A DNA stretch of 64,000 bases from Heterodontus francisci. Taxonomy: Eukaryota. The stretch covers positions 72,715,757 through 72,779,756 of the forward strand of contig NC_090380.1 of the NCBI RefSeq assembly GCF_036365525.1, written 5' to 3'. Shown here piece after piece: positions 36,149 through 50,405 of the stretch; position 1 is the first letter of the stretch; each line of letters opens with the position of its first letter. The notes beneath the pieces are model-generated. The model was not told where the DNA came from. It made no database searches and was given only the letters and a program-made list of their open reading frames with translations. A program made the translations under genes and the position numbers.

Positions 36149-39100
36149 CAGGGGGATGAGGTCCTGAAAGCAGATTTTAGGGAGGTAGGAAGAAGATTAA
36201 AAAGCAGGACCTCAAAAGCAGTAATTTCAGGATTACTCCCAGTCCAACGTGCGAGTAAGCATAGGCTTAGGAGAACTAAGAGATTGAACATGATGCTGGA
36301 GAACTGGTGTAGGAGGGAGGGCATCAGATTTCTGAGGCCTTGGGACCGGTTTGGGAGCAGGTGGGATCTGTACAAGATGAACAGATTGCATCTTAGCAGG
36401 ATTGGGACTAATATCCTTGCTAGTGTTGTTGGGAGGTGTTTAAACTAGATTGGCATTGGAATAGAAACCTGACAGGGAGCTCAGATTGGAGGGAAACAAA
36501 ACTAGTAACTTGTCAGGGGTGTGGGAACCAGGAGGAAAAATCAGAGAGGAATAGCAAGGTGCACAGAATACTGAGAGAGATGGATAGCACTAGAATAGGG
36601 AATAGTAAGTTATTAGATGGGGTCAGAGTAAAGGAGAAATTAATAAAGTCTAAATCGGGGTTAATGTGCATGTACTTGAATGTATGGAGTATGGTTAATA
36701 AGACTGGTGAGGTACAGGTGCAGATTGCCATATAGAAATATGATGATGTGGCTATAACAGAGACCTGCCTCAAAGAAGGGCAGGTTTGGGTGTTAAATAT
36801 TCCTGGATACAAGGTATTCAGGAAAGATAGGAAAGGGAAAAGGGGGTAGGGGTGGCGGTATTGATTAAGGAGAGCATTAAAGTGCTGGAGAAAAAGGATG
36901 TCCCAGAGGGGTCGAGGACAGAGCCAAGGTATAAAAAATGTGCAGTTACATTGCTTGGTGTTGTCTATAGACCAACAACTAGTGGGAAGGATGTGGAGGA
37001 ACAAGTTTGCAAGGAAGTTACAGAGAGGTGCAAAAATTATAGGATGGTTATAATGGGGGACTTTAATTATCCAAACATAGACTGGGATAGTAGTAGTGTA
37101 AAGGGCAGTGAGGGGCAAGAGTTCCTAGACTGTGTTCAGGAAAATTTTCTACAACAGTATGTTTCTAGTCCAATGAGAAAGGAGGCACTGCTAGACCTGG
37201 TTCTTGGGAATGAGGTGGGCCAAGTGGATCAAGTGTCAGTAGGAGAGCATTTAGGGGACAGTGATCATTGTATCATGAGGTTTATGCTGACTATGGAAAA
37301 GGACAAAGAACAATCCAGAGTAAGAATAATTAACTGGGGGAAAGCCAACTTCAATGGGGTAAGAATGGAGCTGAGGCAAATAAATTGGAGTCAAAGGTTG
37401 GCAGGAACATCAGTAGCTGAACAAAAGAGAGCGTTCGGGCACAGTCAAGGTATGTTCCCTCGAAGGGGAAAAGTAGGGCAAACAAATCCAGAGCTCCCTG
37501 GATGACAAAAGAGGTAGTGATTAAGATAAAGAAGAAAAAGTGTGCTTATGACAGATGCTAGGCAGAAAATACTATTGAGAACCAGGCTGAATATAGAAGG
37601 TCCAGTGGGGAAGTGAACAAGCAAATAAGAGAAGCAAAGAGAGAGCATGAAAAGAGACTGGCATTAAAGGGAATCCCAAAGTTTTCTACAGACATATAAA
37701 TAGTAAAAGTGTGGTAAAAAGGAGTGGGTTTGATTAGGGACCGTAAAGGAGATTTACACATGGAGGCAGAGTGCATAACTGAGGTATTAAATGAATATTT
37801 TGCATCTGTCTTTACCAAGGAAGAAGATGTAACCCAGGCACTGGTGGAAGAGGAGGTAATTCAGACACTAGAAGGGGTTTAAAATTGATAAAGAGGACCT
37901 ATTAGATAGGCTGTCTATACTTAAAGTAGATAAAGCACCAGGATTGGATGAGATACATCCAAAGATACTGAGGGAAGTGAGAGTGGAAATCACAGAGGCA
38001 CTGGCCATAATTTCTCAGTCTTCCTTAGATTCAGGGGTTGTGCCAGAGGACTGAAGATTTGCAAACATTACACACTTGTTCAAAAAAGGGTGTACAGATA
38101 AGCCCAGCAACTACAGGCCAGTCAGTTTAACTTCAGTGGTGGGAAAACTTAGAGAAAAAATAATTCGGGACAAAATTAATGGTCACAAGGACAAATTTGG
38201 GTTAATTAAAGAAAGCCAGCTTGGATTTCTTAAAAAATTTGAGGAGGTAACAGAGAGAGTTGATGAGGGCAATGCTGTTGATGTGGTGTACATGGACTTT
38301 CAGGAAGTGTTTGATGCAGTGCCACACAACAGACTTGTGAGCAAGGTTATAGCTCATGGAATAAAAGGAACGGTAGCAACCTGGATATGGAATTGGCTGA
38401 GTGACAGGAAATAAAAAGCAGTGGTTAATGGATTTTCTTTTGGGCTGGAGCAGGTTTGTAGTGGAGTTCCCCAGGGATCAGTGTTGGGACACGCTTTTCC
38501 TGATATATATTAATGACCTAGACCTTGGTGTACAGGGCACAATTTCAAAGTTTGCGGAAGAGATATTGACAGACTATGTGAGTGGGCAAAACTGTAGCAG
38601 ATGGATTTCAATGGGGGCAAGTGTGAGGTTATCCATTTTGGACCAAAAAAGGATAGAGCAGGGTACTTTCTAAATGGGAAGAGGTTAAGTACAGTGGATG
38701 TCCAAAGAGACTTGGGGGTTCAGGTGCATAGATCTTTAAAATGCCACGAGCAAGTGCAGAAAATAATCAAAAAGGCTAATGGAATGCTAGCCTTTATATC
38801 CAGAGGATTGAAGTATAAGGACACAGAAGTTATGCTGCAGCTGTACAAAATCCTGGTTAGACCCCACTTGGAGTACAGTGAGCAGTTCTGGGCACCACAT
38901 CTTCAGAAGGATATATTGGCCTTGGAGGGAGTGCAACGTAGGTTTACAAGAATGATACCTGGACTACAGGGGTTAAGTTACAAGGAGAGATTACACAAAT
39001 TAGGCCTGTTTTTGCTAGAATTTAGAAGGTTAAGGGGTGATCTGATTGAAGTCTGTAAAATATTAACAGGAAAAGACAGGTTAGAGAAAGATAAACTATT

Positions 39101-40320
39101 TCCACTGGTTGCAGATTCTAAAACTAGGGGGCATAGTCTAAAAATTAGGATCAGACCATTCAGGAGAGATGTTAGGAAGCACTTCCTCACGCAAAGGGTG
39201 GTAGAGGTTTGGAACTCTCTCACACAAACAGCAATTGTTAATTTTAAATCTGAGATACAGAGATTTTTGTTAAGCAAAGATATTAAGGGATATGGGCCAA
39301 AGGCAGGTATATGGAGTTAGGCCACAGATCAGCCATGATCTCATTGAATGGCGGGACAGGCTCGAGGGGCTGAATGGCCTACTCCTGTTCCTATCTTCCT
39401 ATGTCCTATGTTCCTATGATACGAAACTTGGAAGCATTGTGAACTGTGAGGAGGATAGAGTAGAACTTCAAAAGGACATAGACAAGTTAGTGGAATGGGC
39501 AGACAGGTGGCAGATGAAGTTCAATGCAGAGAAATGTGAAGTGATTCGTTTTTGTAGGAAGAACATGGAGATACAATATAAAATAAAGGGTACAATTCTA
39601 AAGGGGGTGCAGAAGCAGAGGCACCTGGATGTATCTGTTCATAAGTCATTGAAGGTGGCAGGACAGGTTGAGAGAGTGGTTAATAAAGCATACAGTATCC
39701 TGGGCTTTATTAATAGGGGCATAGAGTACAAGAGCAAGGAAGTTATCATGAACTTGTATAAGACACTAGTTCAGCCTCAGCTGGAGTATTGCGTCCAGTT
39801 CTGGGCGCCACTCTTTAGGAAGGACGTGAGGGCATTGGAGAGAGTACAGAAGAGATTCACGAGAATGGTTCCAGGGATGAGGAATTTCAGTTATGAAGAT
39901 AGATTGGAGAAGTTGGAACTGTTTTCCTTGGAGAAGAGAAGGCTGAGAGGTGATTTGATAGACATATTCAAAATCATGAGGTGTCTGGACAGAGTAGAGA
40001 GAGAGAAACTGTTCCCACTTGTGAAAGGATTGAGAACGAGAGGGCACAGATTTAAAGTATTTTGTTAGAGAAGCAAAAGTGACATGAGGAAAAACTTTTT
40101 CATGCAGTGAGTAGTTAAGGTCTGGAATGCACTGCCTGAGAGTGTGGTGGAGGCAGGTTCAATTGAAACATTCAAAAGGGAATTAGACAGTTGTATGAAA
40201 AGAATGTACAGGGTTACGGGGAGAAGGCAGGGGAATGGAACAGAGTGAATTGTTCTTTCGGAGAGCCAGTGCGGACATGATGGGCTGAATGGTTTCCTTC
40301 TGCACTATAACAATTCTGTG
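36149..40320 (+). mobile_element. Nested CR1 LINEs: near-full-length degenerate copy with a second CR1 3' fragment (~38561-39418) inserted at the FADD motif
   Basis: Esterase-like ORF1 remnant, endonuclease (GVVYRP, MGDFNYP, LDLVL, SDH) and RT. TISKFA| is followed by an 860-bp insert with its own 3' tail, then |DTKLGSIV resumes. Confidence 0.9.
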
Positions 40321-41780
40321 ATCCGTTCAGTAATGGCTACAAGATCAAATCTGTTTATCACAATTTGTGCCATTAATTCACCTATCTTACATATGCTTTG
40401 TGCATTCAGTTTTAGGGGCTTTAATTTTATCTTTTTACTATTTTTCCCTGATGTTGCCTTACTTGCTGATGCCCTATTAGCGTCATTAAACTCTGCCCCT
40501 CCCTAACACAATCTGCTTGATTTTAACCAATTCGCTACTCTGCTCTACAGGCTTCACTTTTCCCTTCAGACTTATATAAGTACCCTTGCCTGTACACTCC
40601 CTGCTTGCCCTTATTGCTTAAGGCCTATAAAGCCCGATCCACTACCCGAGTTATTCAATTCACTAGGACATTGGTTCCAGCCCAGTTTAAATGGAGCCAT
40701 TCCAATGGAACAGTTTTCTTCTTCTCCAGTACTGGTGCTAGTGCCCCATGAATTGAAAACCCTTCCACCCACACTACTCTTTCAACCACACAACTAAACC
40801 CTTAATCTGTTTGTCCCTATGCTAATTCACATGTGGCTCAGGTATCGATTCAAAGATTATTAATTTTGAGGTTTGCTTTTTAATTAGTACCGAGCTCCTC
40901 AAACTCCCTCAGCAAAACCTCATTCCTAGTTCTATCTAGGCCATTGGTTCCTATGTGGACCACAACAACAGGATCTCCACCCCCCCCTCACCCTCCTTTT
41001 CCAAGTTCTTCTCCAGCCAAGAGGAGGTTCCTTAACCTTGGCACTGGGCAGCCACTAAGCCTTTGGGACTCCTGGTTGTGGCAGAAAAGAACAATATCTA
41101 TCCCTCATTTGTACCATCCATCACCCCCTACCACATTCCTTTTTTCTCTCTCCACTTGAATGGCCTCCTGTACCATAGTGTGTGGACAATTTGCCAATAT
41201 GCCCTGTAATCTTTGTTCTCTACAAAGCAGTCAAAGGTATCTTGTACTTGTTGGACAATGACAAAGGCTGAGTCTCCTCCACCACTGCATCTGCAGTCCC
41301 CTTAACTGTCCAGCTTGCAGTCACATCCTCCTGTCATTGACCACTAATAGAATCTTTTTAAACCACTCATGGTTTAGAGGTAGTGACTGCCTCCTGGGTT
41401 AAAATACCCAGATAACCCCCTCCATGATGCATCGCAATGCCAGTGCCTCAGACTGCAGCTCAACAACTCTGAGCCGATGTTGCTCAAGTTGTAGGCACTT
41501 GCTGCAGATGTGGTTCCCTGGGATCCCGCTGATCTCCACAAACGCCTACATATTGCAAATGCAGCACACCCCTTGTGTGGTCATCTCTAAGCAGCCATGT
41601 TTTATATATTTAGTTAATTAAAGTTTGATATAGAAACATAGAAAAATAGGAGCAGGAGTAGGCCATTTGGCCCTTCGAGCCTGCTCTGCCATTCAATACG
41701 ATCATGGCTGATCATCCAAACTCAGCAACCGGTTCCCGCTTTCTCCCCGTTTCCCTTGATCCCATTAGCCCTAAGAACGA
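40321..41780 (-). mobile_element. Degraded CR1 5'/ORF1 region plus a short CR1 3' end
   Basis: Resembles 8990-9370. A CR1 3' tail (catagaaaaataggagcaggagtaggcc) is at ~41630-41780. Confidence 0.6.
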
Positions 41781-44700
41781 TATAATTAATTCACTTGATT
41801 TATTTTTAGTTTTTAAAAAATTAGTTAATTTAACTAGTTTAAATTATTAATTTATTGAAGTATTAGTTATATATTTCTAGCTTTAAATACTTACACAAAC
41901 CACGACAAGTGTTAAAAGCAATCGGAGCACTTCCTTACCCCTCTACCGAATTCCCACTCTGTTTATGATGCACTCAGTTAACGTTGCAATCTGTGATGAA
42001 TTATACCTTTTCCTCTTTTCCCTCATCCCCACCTTTCTCTCTACCTTCCCCTCCACCTCCTCCCTACTCCTTTTCATTTCTTTTCTCATCACCCCTTCCT
42101 TGCCCATCCTCCATCCTACCAACTGCTGCATTCCCTCTTGCCACTCTTGGTTCAATTCAATTATTCATTCCCCTTAACATTGGTTGACCTGGTCTTGACA
42201 TCCTAAGTGCAACGCCACTTGAGATCGACTAGTTATATATTAAAAATGAGAGATAGGTCACAGAATATGTGCAAATAACCTGCATTCATATAGCGCCTTT
42301 CACAACTTCAGAAATGCAAAGCATTTCACAGTCAATGAAGCAATGAAGTGTGTGCAATGCCTGTTATGTCTGTAGATGGTGCTATGTTTATTTTTAATGG
42401 GTTGCATGATTTAAAATACCAATAAACACGATCTGCTTATCCAGTCTGTGTCCATGCAGTACTGCATTGTCATCACTAGGAGGAACTGCAGCAACCAATG
42501 TTTTCTTAGAGCAAAAGCACTGAGTAGAAGTCAGATCTCGAAAGTTCTTTGTAAATTGCGTATATTTCTTATTAGTTTCTTTACGGAATAGTAAGTTTCA
42601 ATTAAGATCAAATCTCCTGAGGCCAATGTTCCTCCCAATCGTTGAACATTTTTCCCCTACCCTCATCTCTGAAAGCAAAATCAGCAGAACCTAGAGTTCC
42701 CAACCCACCCACTTTGGGCGGAAGTAGACTGGGACAGGGCGATGGATCTCCTATATTTAATAAAAGCAAAATACTGCAGTTGCTGGATATCTGAAATAAA
42801 AACAAAGTGCTGGAAATACTCAGCAGTTCTTGCAGCATCTGTGGAGACAGAAACAGAGTTAATGTTTCATCAGAACTGGCAAAAGTTAGAAATGTAATAG
42901 GATCTCCTGGTCCCTGCTTCTGCTGCTGCAGTGCTTCCATGGTCAGTTCATGCATGCGCAATAGCATGGTTGTCATGGCTTGCAACCAAACCACTTTGTC
43001 TGAACCCTATTGGTTTCGCCTGGAAACCTCAGGAGTCCTGAAGGGCAGGGAGAGAAAGAATCACAAAGTGGGGGATGGAGAGAGAAACAGACTGAGTGAG
43101 GGAGAGAGACCAAAAAAAATTGGGAGATGAGGGAGAGAATCATAAGTTGAGGGAGAGAGAAACACAAACTAGGGTGTGGAAGAGTTCATGTACGCCTATG
43201 ATGTGCACAGTTATATAATATATTTTGTTCCAGGAGTTAGGCAGCTTTTGCGCTTCTCTCTGATGACTGAGCCTCATCTCCCTGAAGCAGAGCTTCAGTG
43301 GTGGGATGTGAGAGTCAGTGAATTGAATTAGGTTTGGTTTGGGATTTTTTTTGATAACTATCTGTGTATTGTGAACGATCAGGAAATTACACAAAAGCTT
43401 TGGTGCAAAGTTAGTTATATCAATAAAGTTTTTGTTGAATCAGTGGAATTTATTTTGTGTTTCTCATTGCAGTCAATTCTGTAAAAAAAAGAAAATCACA
43501 AGTAGTTTTTATTTAAACATTACTTATCCTTAAATCTTTCTATTCTTTTGCATTCTTTCTTTGATTTATAAGTTACGTTATTCGCTTGACTATAAAACAA
43601 AAAGTCATTTTATTCAGAGCTTAGTGATACTAAGACACTCAGCTAAGATAAACACTATAATGCTTGCAAACATTAGACAACTGCCTTGTGATCAAATGTC
43701 ATGTGATTAGGCAACATATGAGCAATGTCATGTGATGAATGCCATGTGATCAAATGCAACATGATCAAATCTGCATGAATACATCAAACCAGTGCTGGCA
43801 ACCCAAACAGAACTGTTCCCTGCACTGAGATCAAAATGGAGACTCAGAGCCCTACTATCCAGAGCAAAATTAAGCCTCAAAAGCAATTCCCCGTACATTG
43901 AGAACAAAATCCACTTCCCACTCCTCCTTTCTCTTCTCCTTCTCTCCCTATATCCTTCACATCCCCTCTTTCCATTTCTGTCTTACTCCCTTTCTTAACT
44001 CCCCAACCTGCACCTAATTATTCCCCCAACTTTTAACTGTGCTTGACTGTATACTGCCTTTGGTCTTCACTCCTCATATGAAATGCCATATGGAATCAAC
44101 TACTTAAATTTACAATCCTCATTGTCATTGCCCAACCTACCTCTGCAACATCCTCTAGTGTTACATCTTCTGCACCCTTTGATCCTCATGTACTGGCCCT
44201 CTGCAATTCCCTTCATCCACCATTGGTGGCAGAGTCTTCAGCTGCCTCTGCTTTAATCTCTGGAAATTCCCCTCTAATCTCTTTCATCTCCCTACTTCTC
44301 TCTCTACCTTTTTAAAACCTATCATTTTGACTATGGTTACTTCTCCTAACTCCTACATTATGGCTTGGTGCCCTTTCCTTTTTCTTTATGTTAAGTACCT
44401 AAGGATGTTTTTACAACATTAAAAATACACTATAAAAACAAATTGTTGTTCTTAACATCTAATAAAGTGGTATTTGTGGTGAAAAGTAATATGATCATTT
44501 ACAAAAAATTTTCTTTGGATCTTCAGTGGCAGCGAAGTCAATTTTAACCCCACCCACTCGTTGGAGACCATGGCTGAGCAGTTAAAATTGCTCAGCTCAC
44601 TTACCCGCCCTGCAGTCACTGGGATCTGACCTTCCATGATTGTCTTCTCGGGAGCATTCCTAGAATGAGGAAGGCTGTTTCTAAGCTGTTATTTGTCTAC

Positions 44701-45459
44701 ATCATTGCTTTCGCTAACAACAGAATGTTCTTTATTAGCCATCTAAGGAAATCAGTACTCTTAAGTTTGTGCACAATGAATATTAAAAAGATTTTTAAAT
44801 GTTAGTGACAAGTTCCATACTTGGGGAAACAATTCTTGTAAATGTTAAGAATAAAATGATGTCTATCAATATAATTACATTACATATTAATCATTGTGAA
44901 TACAATTTACATAAAAACTCCTTTGATTTGGATTGGTATTGCTAATTAAATATGGTGCATTGTAATTTTACTAATCATAAATAATGGTGATGTCTCAGAA
45001 TTTTTTAATTATTTTGTTAAAATCATATCTATCAATTATAATTTTATCAAATAAATGTGCAACCAATTTAAAGCATTTGATGTATTTTTGTTATACATGC
45101 ACAATTATTGATAAAACATTAAATGGAGGACATATGATTTACACCCCAAAGACTCAATACTGCAATAATGAATGAATGAAGGAACTGAGGGCAGCCTTAT
45201 GAGGGGCAAGGATCCTTATAATGTATTCGCACCTTGGTGTGTCATGTGCTTGCTACTTTCAATCAGGACATAGGTAGGAGTACTTTAATTGGGCTTAGCA
45301 CTTCTCCGGAGGAGAACGTCAGACAATATTCCTGCTCCTATTTGCTACTCACTCACTCCTGCTGACAATGTGTGCAGATGTAAGGCAAGGGCAGGATGAG
45401 GCTCAATTCTAATCCCATTCCTCCACAGTCAAATAACCTACCAATTAACACTTGCAAAT

Positions 45460-46073
45460 AGTACAGGAGCAGGGATGTCTTGCTGCAATTATACAGGGCC
45501 TTGGTGAGGCCACACCTTGAATATTGTGTGCAGTTTTGGTCTCCTTATCTGAGGAAGGGTGCTCTTGCTATAGAGGGAGTGCAGCGAAGGTTTACCAGAC
45601 TGATTCCTGGGATGGCGGAACTGATGTATGAGGAGAGATTGAGTTGGTTAGGATTATATTCGCTGGAGTTCAGAAGAGTGAGGAGGGATCTGATAGAAAC
45701 CTATAAAATTCTAAGAGGACTTGACAGGGTAGATGCAGGAAGGATGTTCCCGATGGTGGGGGAGTCCAGAACCAGGGGTCATAGTCTAAGGATACGGGGT
45801 AAACCTTTCAGGACTGAGATGAGGAGAAATTACTTCACCCAGAGAGTGGTGAGCCTGTGGAATTCGCTACCACAGAAAGCAGTTGAGGCCAAAACATTGT
45901 ATGTTTTCAAGAAGGAGTTAGATATAGCTCTTGGGGCGAAAGGGATCAAAGGATATGGGGGAAAGCGGGAACAGGTTACTGAGTTGGATGATCAGCCATG
46001 ATCATAACGAATGGTGGAGAGGCTTGAAGGGCCGAGTGGCCTACTGCTGGTCCTATTTTCTTTGTTTCTATGT
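45460..46073 (+). mobile_element. CR1 LINE 3' fragment
   Basis: LYRALVRPHLEYCVQFWSP...FTQRVVSLWNSLP and 3' UTR. Confidence 0.92.
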
Positions 46074-47196
46074 AAATGAAACAACATTTCAACAAAAAGA
46101 AAGGAAAGCTCCTACAAAGGGGAACAGATTACAAGGAAATTTACCGGCAAGTAACAGAAGGGCAAAAGAAATTAATACAAAGTGAAGAGGAATTAGCACA
46201 GAAGGAGATACAGTCGACCAGTCTGACTCAAAGGCCTGGAGTTTCTGCTCGATTGTGCTTGTTTTATTCAGTGCATTTCACATGATAACAGCGTAACCAG
46301 TACAAAAGAGCACAGAATTATAAGCACAAATTTCATTCAATGCAAATCAAGTTCCTGCAGAATTTTGCATTAGTTTTAAAAACATTACACTAGAAGCAGG
46401 CTCTGCTCACAAAACTGGCCACATTCCCAGGGTGAATTAATCACTATTGTGAGTTTCCATTAATTGTGCTCATTTGCAGGCCTTCGAGAAGGCTCCAAAG
46501 ATTAAGCTGTATATTTTGAATGTAAGGACACTAATGGGTACAAATTGCAAGGTTTTGAATAAAAAAAAGTTATACTAAGGAACTGAGTAATGTACCCCAA
46601 ACTACTGACACTGATTTGGAATGTTTTTATTGTGTTAAACCCATTTTCATCTATGTTAATCAAACTTTGCCGAGTTACCGCTCTTAAATATATAAAGCAA
46701 TACTTCATAAAGCAAAATGTAAAATATTTTTGCATATTTTGTATTCAGTGATATGCAAATGAGTTTCAGCAGAAACTTGGGTTGGGGGGGCGGGCGGGGG
46801 GGTGGCTGGTTAACCCTTTTCAAAATGGGCGCAATTTTAGGTGCAATTTTGTGCCCAAAGCGGAAACTCTACCACAAAGACTTAAAAGAGAAAGGTCGGT
46901 GCTCAGTGATAAGTGTGTGGCAGAATCAAAGCACTTATTACAAATTTGGGCATAAACTGCTCATGATTTTCTGCCTGTTAATGTTCGTGAGTAGAAAATT
47001 ATGGATAACTTGGGCTCAGATTTGCAATGGGCACTTCTGCCTGCCAAGCTTTACTGTCAGGTTCTAAAGAGAAATCTGTCCCTCTGTGTGCCACTTTGAC
47101 CTAAAGACTTACTGAAAAAGATAGTGTGCCAAAGTGTTTCAAAGAATTAATCACAAAGAGGCAGAATGTTAGTATTTTAAATGACAGTTCCAAGTA

Positions 47197-49462
47197 TTTG
47201 GCCCTGTGAAGTATTTGGCCCTGTGGGACTGGGTCGGCCCGGACCTGCTGGAAGTATACGAGAGTATGCTCCTGGCCGGCAGCATGTCAGAATCCATGAG
47301 AAAAGGCATCATCACCCTCATCTACAAGCGCAAGGGGGAGAGGGCAGAAATCAGAAATTGGCAGCCCATCTCACTGCTTAATGTTGACTACAAGATTCTG
47401 TCCAAAGTCATAGCCAGTCGAGTCAAGTCTGCTCTGGAGTTGGTGATCCACCCCGATCAGACCTGCACTGTACCCGGCAGGAAGATCTCCGATAGCCTCG
47501 CGCTACTTAAGGATACGATCGCCTATGTACGGGGCAGGAGGGTGGACACCTGCCTCAGGAGAAGGCTTTTGACAGGATATCGCACACCTACATGATGGAT
47601 GTGCTTTCCAAAATGGGGTTTGGGGAGGGAATCTGCAATTGGACCAAACTGCTCTACGCAAACATCAGTAGTGCAGTCTCAATCAATGGGTGGGAATCGG
47701 AAAGTTTCCTGGTCCAATCTGGAGTCAGACAGGGCTGACCTCTCTCCCCGGTCTTGTTTGTTTGCTATATTGAACCCTTTGCTGAGTCTATTAAGAAGGA
47801 TGCGAGCATCAGAGGGGTGACAATCCCAGGCAGCGGAGGCACTCAGGTTAAAACCTCCCTGTACATGAATGACGTCGCCGTCTTCTGCTCGGATCCGCTG
47901 TCTGTGCGCAGACTGATGAGCATCTGCGACCAGTTCAAACTGGCCTCGGGAGCCAAAGTTAACCACGGCAAGAGCGAGGTCATGTTCTTTGGGAACTGGG
48001 CCGACCGATCCTTTGTCCCCTTCACCGACAGGTCAGACTACCTGAAGGTGCTGGGGATATGGTTTGCAAGGGCCAGGGCGTGCAACAAAACCTGGAAGGA
48101 GTGAGTAGCCAAGGTACAACACAAGCTGAGCATGTGGGGGCAGCGATCTCTCTCCATTGTGGGTAAGAACCTGGTCATCAGGTGCGAGGCGCTCACGTTG
48201 TTGCTGTATGTGGCGCAGGTCTGGCCCATACCCCACTCCTGCGCTGTGGCGGTCACCCAAGCCAATTTCCGCTTCATCTGGGGATCTAAAATGGACCGGG
48301 TCCGGAGGGACATGATGTTCAAACCTCTAGATAAGGGCAGCAAAAATGTACCCAACGTGGCCCTCATCCTGATGACTACCTTCGTGTGTGGCTGCATCAA
48401 GCTGTGTGTAGACCTCCAGTACGCAAACTCCAAGTGTCACTACGTGCTGAGGTTCTATCTGTCACCGGTGTTGCGAAGGATGGGCCTGGTCACATTGCCG
48501 CGGAACGCTCCATCCAGTTGGACTCTGCCGTACCACCTATCCTTCGTGGAGCAGTTTCTGCGGAAAAACACCTTTGACCACCAATCCATCAGGCAGTGGT
48601 CTACACGGAATGTCCTCAAGGCCCTACAGGAAAAGGAGATGGTGGATCCTGTCTGCTGGCTCCCTGAGCAGACTGCCAAAGTCATTTGGCGGAATGCCTC
48701 ATCACCAGAACTTTCAAACAAGCTCCAAGATGTAGTTTGGCTGGTGGTGAGAAGCGCCCTCCCCGTCAGATCCTTCCTGCATGCCCGAAGTCTCACCCCC
48801 TCCGCACAATGCCCTCAAGGTGGCTGTGGTGGGGAAGAGATGGTTGCCCACCTCCTTCTGGAATGTGTCTTTGCAAAGCAGGTGTGGAAAGAGATGCAGT
48901 GGTTTTTGTCAAGGTTCATTCCAAGCAGCTCTGTAACACAGGAGTCTGTGCTCTACGGGCTGTTCCCAGGGATGCACACCGAGATAAACATCAACTGCTG
49001 CTGGAGGACTATCAATTTGGTGAAAGACGCCCTTTGGTCTGCCCGAAACTTGCTGGTCTTCCAGCGCAAAGAGTTGTTCACGACCGAATGTTGCAGACTG
49101 GCATATTCCAAGGTCCAGGCTATGTGCTGAGGGACGCACTAAAGCTTGGGGCAGCCGCAGCAAAGACTCAATGGGGAAAGACCACTGTGTAAGGTCCCCC
49201 CACCAAGCTGAACTGAGGGGTTGGATCCATGGGAAACCCCTCGAACTGTATCGGGAAAATTTTGTGTGCTGTAAAATGTAAAAATGTATATGGCACGAGA
49301 AATGAAATGGAAGGGTTGTGAGGCAACTCATGATTGTATTGAAGGAAACTGATCACCTTTGCACTGTTTGTAATTTTTGACTTGGTGCTGTTAGAAACTG
49401 TTTGGTAATGTATTTTTTTTACAGATTTTTATGAATAAAGTATATTTTGGAAATAAAAAAAA
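47197..49462 (+). mobile_element. 5'-truncated Tx1-clade LINE with poly(A) tail
   Basis: NWQPISLLNVDYKIL, GVRQG, LYMNDV, zinc-finger CPQGGC...H...C, AATAAA and poly(A). 11-bp TSD AGTTCCAAGTA at 47186-47196 and 49463-49473. Confidence 0.93.
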
Positions 49463-49958
49463 AGTTCCAAGTACAGAGAGAACTGAAACTTGTTAATGGC
49501 ACACACAACCTACAGCAAATAGATGTAAAATCCAGTGAAGCACTGGGAAAAATTAAGGCTCAAAGATGTCAACTAGGACAGGATGAAAATAATCTTGGAT
49601 TTATGGAGAGTGAAATAGAAGTTCACAGCTCACAAAGGAAAAAGATAACTAGAAACAATCACTAGATGACTGGATGACCAATAGGTGCACAACCAAGGTG
49701 TTTGATGCCAGAAGAGTGTAATATATTAAAATGATCAGCAATCGAAATCAGGAACTGCCTGGCACTGAGCATTTAATAATCATCACTATCAAAGGAAACA
49801 AGCATATAAATAAAACAAATTGAAAATATCCAAGCAGAAGAGACATAAAACAAGCTGAGAGTGCATCTATTTAAGGTAAAAAGGAGAGAGCATCCAATAG
49901 AGTTAGTGCATTGTACATATAGTTTGCTGTAGGGAGATATAGATTAGTGGAAAAAAAA

Positions 49959-50405
49959 GACTTTCATTTATATAGTGATTTTCAGGAGCACCGTATGTCC
50001 CAAAGCGCTTTACAGCCAATGAAGTACTTTTGAAGAGTAGTGACTGTTATAATGTAAGAAACACAGCAGCCAATTTGCACACAGCAAACTCCCAAAAACA
50101 GCAATGTGATAATGACCAAATAATCTGTTTTTGTGATGTTGATTGAGGGATAAATATTGGCCAGAATACAGGGGCTAACGCCCCAGCTCTTCTTCAAAAT
50201 AGTGCCATGGGATCTTTTACATCCACCTGAGCAGGCAAATGGAGGCCTCATTTTAAAGTCTCATGCAAAAAATGCACCTCCAACAGTGCAGCACTCCCTC
50301 ACTGGAATGTCAGCCTTCATTTTTGTGCTTAAGTCCTGGAGTGGGACTTGAACCTGGATGCTTATGATTAAGAGGTGAGAGTGCTACCAACAGAGCCACA
50401 GCTGA
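49959..50405 (-). mobile_element. tRNA-derived DeuSINE (SacSINE1-like); related fragments at ~42280-42370, ~55430-55550, ~61770-61910
   Basis: Minus-strand A box TGGCTCTGTTGG, B box GGTTCAAGTCC, core GATGTAAAAGATCCCATGGCACTATTT, L2-like tail GTAAAGCGCTTTGGGAC...CTATATAAATG. Confidence 0.75.
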
